Positions 28,141 through 32,000 of a DNA stretch of 32,000 nt are shown piece after piece (within the stretch, counting starts at the first letter, position 1; each line of letters begins with the position of its first letter). A program made the translations under genes and the position numbers. Below the pieces are notes generated by a model that worked only from the letters and a program-made list of their open reading frames with translations, made no database searches and had not been told where the DNA came from. Origin of the DNA: Candidatus Saccharimonadota bacterium (GTDB lineage: Bacteria > Patescibacteriota > Saccharimonadia > Saccharimonadales > UBA4665); contig CP064992.1 of the NCBI GenBank assembly GCA_016699935.1, forward strand, positions 540,001 to 572,000. The letters are read 5' to 3'.

Positions 28141-28156
28141 CTATAGAAAGACTCAT
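28141..28156 (-). other. ychF: Displaced native 5' end of ychF (ATGAGTCTTTCTATAG, MSLSI-) at the right island junction
   Basis: Fusing 28156-28141 to 7447 and downward on the minus strand gives [22 protein letters not shown] -10-like TATACT (28171-28166, minus strand) lies 9 nt upstream of the ATG. Confidence 0.6.
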
Positions 28157-28277
28157 GATGTTTTCAGTATAACAGAGGAGGGCGAGTCTTTTATAGGGTG
28201 AGTTTATGATTGTGAGTTTAGATAGTTTTTTTCGCTCGCACTCTCCTGTATGATGATATGAGGAAATCATAAGCATT

Positions 28278-28643
28278 ATGTTGAGAATTCGTACAGTCGC
28301 AATCAGCTCCTTAGCCGTCATTGTACTGCTTGGTATAGGTGCTATCGTGTACGACCGACTCCGATCTGAGCCTCCTATCAAACCAGACGACACCACTTCA
28401 CCGCAACAAGTTACATATAGCGCTGACATTCAAGCACAGATTGCGGCAGGCAAACAGTACCCCGAAGGTTCGTATGAGTGGACGAACGCTATGCTTAATG
28501 CCGCTGTCTATGCAGCAAACCATAGGCTGTGTAGCCAGGCGACCGATTTACTGGATACTGTCCAAAATGTGGAAAATAAAGACGGAGCTGGTGTTGATAT
28601 CGGCGTCGTTAAGGAGCGTATCGATGCAAGCTGCCAAGCCTAA
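28278..28643 (+). CDS. Membrane-anchored hypothetical protein
   Basis: Intact 121-aa ORF with an N-terminal TM helix (VAISSLAVIVLLGIGAIVY). Composition is host-like. I recognise no family. Confidence 0.45.
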   Translation: MLRIRTVAISSLAVIVLLGIGAIVYDRLRSEPPIKPDDTTSPQQVTYSADIQAQIAAGKQYPEGSYEWTNAMLNAAVYAANHRLCSQATDLLDTVQNVENKDGAGVDIGVVKERIDASCQA

Positions 28644-30858
28644 AGGATTTACGAAACTGACGGTGTGGATTTCGGGATTCTTGCTGCTAACAGTCTTATG
28701 TTTTGGGCTAATGGCTAGAATTGGTATGGCGCTCAGCACACAAGGACCTGATCCTTTAGATATGGGCATGGGTGCGACAGATATTGCCGCGTATGTTTTA
28801 GCCGAGCAAGGGAGTTCTATAAATGTACGTTCCATAACCATTCCGTTGTACTTGATGATGCTAGCACCAATCGAACACTCACCGTCACAGGGCTTGATTT
28901 GTGTTCAGACGCAAGGGACACTGCGCCGTCAAGCGGGAACAATTACCGTGACACGGGGATGTAAATGGTGGTACTGGTGCGGTAAGCGGAGCGCTCGTCG
29001 GCAAAAACATTACCAGCCTGAGCGTACCAGGACAGAGTACGCTATTTGGTAAACCGAGCACTGCGAACAACTGCTATGCCGCTACTCGTACGGTCACAAT
29101 CCTAGCTAGTGAGCTTGCGTTAGATATCTCCACTGGCAAATATAAAATAATGATAACTGCAGCACTTCCGGCTAGTGTGACTGACATACAAAACCATTTC
29201 CACATAAAACTTAGTGATGGAAAGGTGGGGTATTCGAGCCAGGCAGCCGCAGATAACTTTTTGCAATCGCCCAAGATTATCCTCGCAATGTGTATCGCAA
29301 ATACGCGCTGCCGTTTGCACCATCGTGTTCTATGACAAGCCCGGAAACAAAAACCATTTCGCTGTACGATGACGACAATGGTACCCTGGGGTGCAGCCAA
29401 CACCATTTGTGGTGTACGTTGAAGAGCTCTCGCCCGCTGGTGTAGTTAGTAGAATACCACTGAGTATCTCTGCGAATGCCAAAACCGATAGGGGAGGGAA
29501 CGTATGGTATCTTGCCTCCGGCAATCAGCGGACGGCCACAATCACGGCGACCTTCGCCGTTACACAAATACCGGTTTGTGCTCGACAGCGTCTATAGCGT
29601 AAACCTGCTGCAATTCCAGCTACCGTACGATAGCATCAATTACGATATTGACTGCCCGAAGCCAAATGCGACGTGATGTTGCCACCGTACCTGCCCGTAT
29701 GCTTGTTGGGCAACAAACAGCGTTCACCGTTCGGTTACGATTGTCGATGAGCTACGGGCCACCAATGGATTCGGGCAATCCGGCTATGACCGCGCAAGTA
29801 ACAAGCCCCGCTGGTGTAGTTACGAACTACGGGCAAATCGGGTATGCGGTTTCTGGAACAGGGGTTAATACAATTCTGACGAGCAATCCATCCCTCCAAT
29901 ACAAACCGCTTCAGGCGGGGACGTATACAGTGTCCTGGAACCTCTCTGGGAGCACCATTAAAGACGATGTAACGTGCACAAAGCAGTTTGATGCCGGCTA
30001 CCGTCCGTTTTTCACGGTAACGGGCGGTGATATTTTGTCTGGCGGTTCTATACGGTCATGGAACGAAGACAGTGGATCATACTTTGGAGCCGGAACGCAG
30101 CTTGCCGCAATAGCAACAGGTAATATCCAGAATTTCGTGTCGGGGTTTGGCCTACCCGGAGGAGCCGCCACTCGTAGTGGGAGCGCTCTGAGCTTCGCCA
30201 ATACAACTGCAAGTGGTACGACATACGGAGGTGGCTATGCAGTCAACCCATTTAGCCCAGAGCTACCAACAAATACGACTCCATGGCCGGCTTCAAGCTT
30301 AGGCCTAGGTGATGCGACGTTAGTAGATGGAGCTACGTACGTGCATAGCGGTGATCTCACATTGTCGGGTACACTACCTGCCAATAAACGTATCACCATA
30401 ATCCTGGAAAGCGGAAATGCCATCATTGCCAGTAATATACTATATGGCGCATATGCGAACGTTGCCAGCATACCGCGTCTGACGTTATTGATTCGAAGTG
30501 GCAATATTCTTGTTGGGAGTGCGGTGACCGAAATGCATGGAATTTATTATGCAGGGGTGTTAGTCCTGGCAACGGCAACTTCTACAGTTGTGCGAGTGGC
30601 GCGCTGCCAATCGTTATGACAACTTCTGGCGCTTACACAACCTGCCAGAATCGGCTGACGGTATACGGCGCGGTTGCCGCTAACAAACTGGTGCTGTCGC
30701 GGACGTACGGAAGCCTTATAGCCGTACCTGGCGTGCCAGCCGAACCAGCCGAGAATTTCTACTACAGCCCTGAGCTGTGGTTGGCACAAGACGGCGCAAA
30801 CACCGCTAATGGCCCAGTACGCTATGATTCGTATGTCAGTCTGCCCCCCGTGTTGTAA
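28624..30858 (+). CDS. Large secreted/surface protein with an N-terminal hydrophobic anchor; many frame breaks
   Basis: It starts MQAAKPKGFTKLTVWISGFLLLTVL. Protein-like Gly/Thr/Ser-rich sequence continues across frames: ...NGGTGAVSGALVGKNITSLSVPGQSTLFGK..., then 29648-30619 (...TYTVSWNLSGSTIKDDVTC...), then 30616-30858 (...RLTVYGAVAANKLVLSRTYGSL...). The stitching is by eye. Confidence 0.4.
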
Positions 30859-31013
30859 TATTGTTTTTGAATAATGAAATGGTCGAAGAACAGTGTAATG
30901 TACTACGGCAGGCGCTGAAAACGGAGGCACACAAACACGCTTGAATGAAGCTGTGCTCTATCGTGAGTTCGAGGAAGAGATTGGTATGGCGCCGTAAGTT
31001 TCTGGGGTTTGGC

Positions 31014-31921
31014 TTATAGGTTAACAGTGGCAAATTCAACAGCCGGGTCGTGGCACTCGGTACCGAAGTACGCTTTCTTTAGGTCGATTGTTGAATAATC
31101 GGTACATGGTATGAGTACCGGAGTTGCCGTAAAGTAATGCCAGGCTTTATCTGGGGTCTGATAGTAGTAGACGGGTACCGGCTCCTCACCGTCTTGTAAT
31201 TGTACAAAGCCACTCGCTGTATTATAGCCTCTGGTTGGGCTTGCATCTTGCACCAAATTTGCTATAACAACATCCTTTTTTTTGCTTGGATGATTCGCGG
31301 TAAACAAATCGTTGAACTGCTTTGTCTGCTTTGCTGATTTTTCATACTCAGCACTGTTTGCGCAGGTAACTTGCAGACCGTGACCATTCGTGAGCTGTTC
31401 GGTGGACAGCCTACAGCGCACAAAAGCATTTACGAAGGACTTATTGGGAGTAGTATTTCGTTTGGTGTCTGGGATTATTTTCTCATCTAATCCCTGCAAG
31501 TACAGTATGTGTCGTGCCTTATTGTATGTTTTTCAAGCTTGTCGGTCGGAACTTTGTATTCGATAGCACTATAGTTAGTAGGTAATACGGAGAAGGTATA
31601 GCCAGCAGGTTGATACGGTGTCGGCGTTACACCACTTTTTGTGTCACTAGAGCCACCAGACAGGGAGCTTGTGAGTGCATCCATGACCTGACTAACATCG
31701 CGAGCGGTTGTACGCTTGTAGTTGATAGTCCAGTAGGCGCCAAGCCAAGGAAGTACCACGAGCAACAAAAAAACAAGCGCGAGTATTTTCTTTTTAGGAG
31801 ACCACTGCAGTAAGCCCGACTTCTTGGCTGAAACACCGTCACTCGTCACAATTTTATAGTCGTCCGAACCGTCTTTTGGCGGTGCTGTGTCCTCTGTTTT
31901 TTGTGCCTTGGTATCACTCAT
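31014..31921 (-). CDS. Membrane-anchored hypothetical protein; one frame break near 31490-31500
   Basis: MSDTKAQKTEDTAPPKDG... is followed by a TM segment (KKILALVFLLLVVLPWLGAYW). The sequence continues into the 161-aa track ORF 31014-31499. I recognise no family. Confidence 0.45.
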
Positions 31922-32000
31922 AAGCCGCTCCCCCCTACCTTTAGCCTTAGTATAGCAGAACGGTGGAGAGTGAATACATAGTTTCTTACACAAGTTTCGC

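Larger units (their letters stand above)
7448..28144. mobile_element. About 20.7 kb integrative island (serine-recombinase type) inserted in the 5' end of ychF
   Basis: CTAT (ATAG on the minus strand) is present at both junctions, 7448-7451 and 28141-28144. The flanks rejoin to an intact ychF start. The recombinase gene abuts the left junction. Island GC is visibly lower than the flanks. Confidence 0.75.

Noticed and set aside
28091-28429. 112-aa minus-strand ORF from the track
   Set aside because: It is a chimera. Its last 21 codons are the displaced ychF start (MSLSIA…) reading on into island DNA. The rest is antisense to the 28278-28643 gene and its upstream region. It has no protein-like features.
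612-31921. Interpreting the many split genes as true pseudogenes (genome decay)
   Set aside because: The breaks hit conserved housekeeping genes and island cargo equally. Most resolve by a single-base correction in a homopolymer, which points to a sequencing or assembly artefact. This needs read-level confirmation.

Overview
The window has a host backbone of roughly 45-50% GC at 1-7447 and 28145-32000. It is interrupted by a ~20.7 kb AT-richer integrative island at about 7448-28144. GC values are spot counts of single 60-nt lines (about 43-50% outside, 28-37% inside), not a full computation.

Backbone genes:
- efp 3' end
- a GIY-YIG nuclease gene bracketed by perfect 30-bp inverted repeats
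- tlyA
- a tandem structured repeat
- a phosphoribosyltransferase-like gene
- a Crp/Fnr regulator
- a bacterial PH-domain protein
- a class-A beta-lactamase-like serine hydrolase
- ychF
- on the right side, membrane and surface proteins

The island sits in the first codons of ychF. Joining the two flanks restores [14 protein letters not shown], and both junctions share ATAG.

Island contents:
- a large serine recombinase, an excisionase-type HTH protein and a zinc-finger/Toprim/P-loop primase-helicase
- a six-gene translationally coupled operon: MmeI-family N6-adenine methyltransferase, SF2 DEFH helicase, T5orf172/GIY-YIG-like protein, GmrSD-like DUF262/DUF1524 enzyme, Shedu-like DUF4263 nuclease and a DUF2779 protein
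- a copper-resistance cassette (CsoR-family repressor with operator, Met/His-rich secreted protein, DUF305 protein, CopB-type CPH P-type ATPase) bracketed by a perfect 45-bp direct repeat

The six-gene operon is my best candidate for an undescribed composite defence system.

Many genes, in both host and island, are broken by frame changes. Most that I could resolve by eye are repaired by adding one base to an A/T homopolymer. I therefore treat them as probable assembly errors and report full-span genes. I found no rRNA, tRNA or CRISPR array. Host taxonomy cannot be established from the sequence alone.
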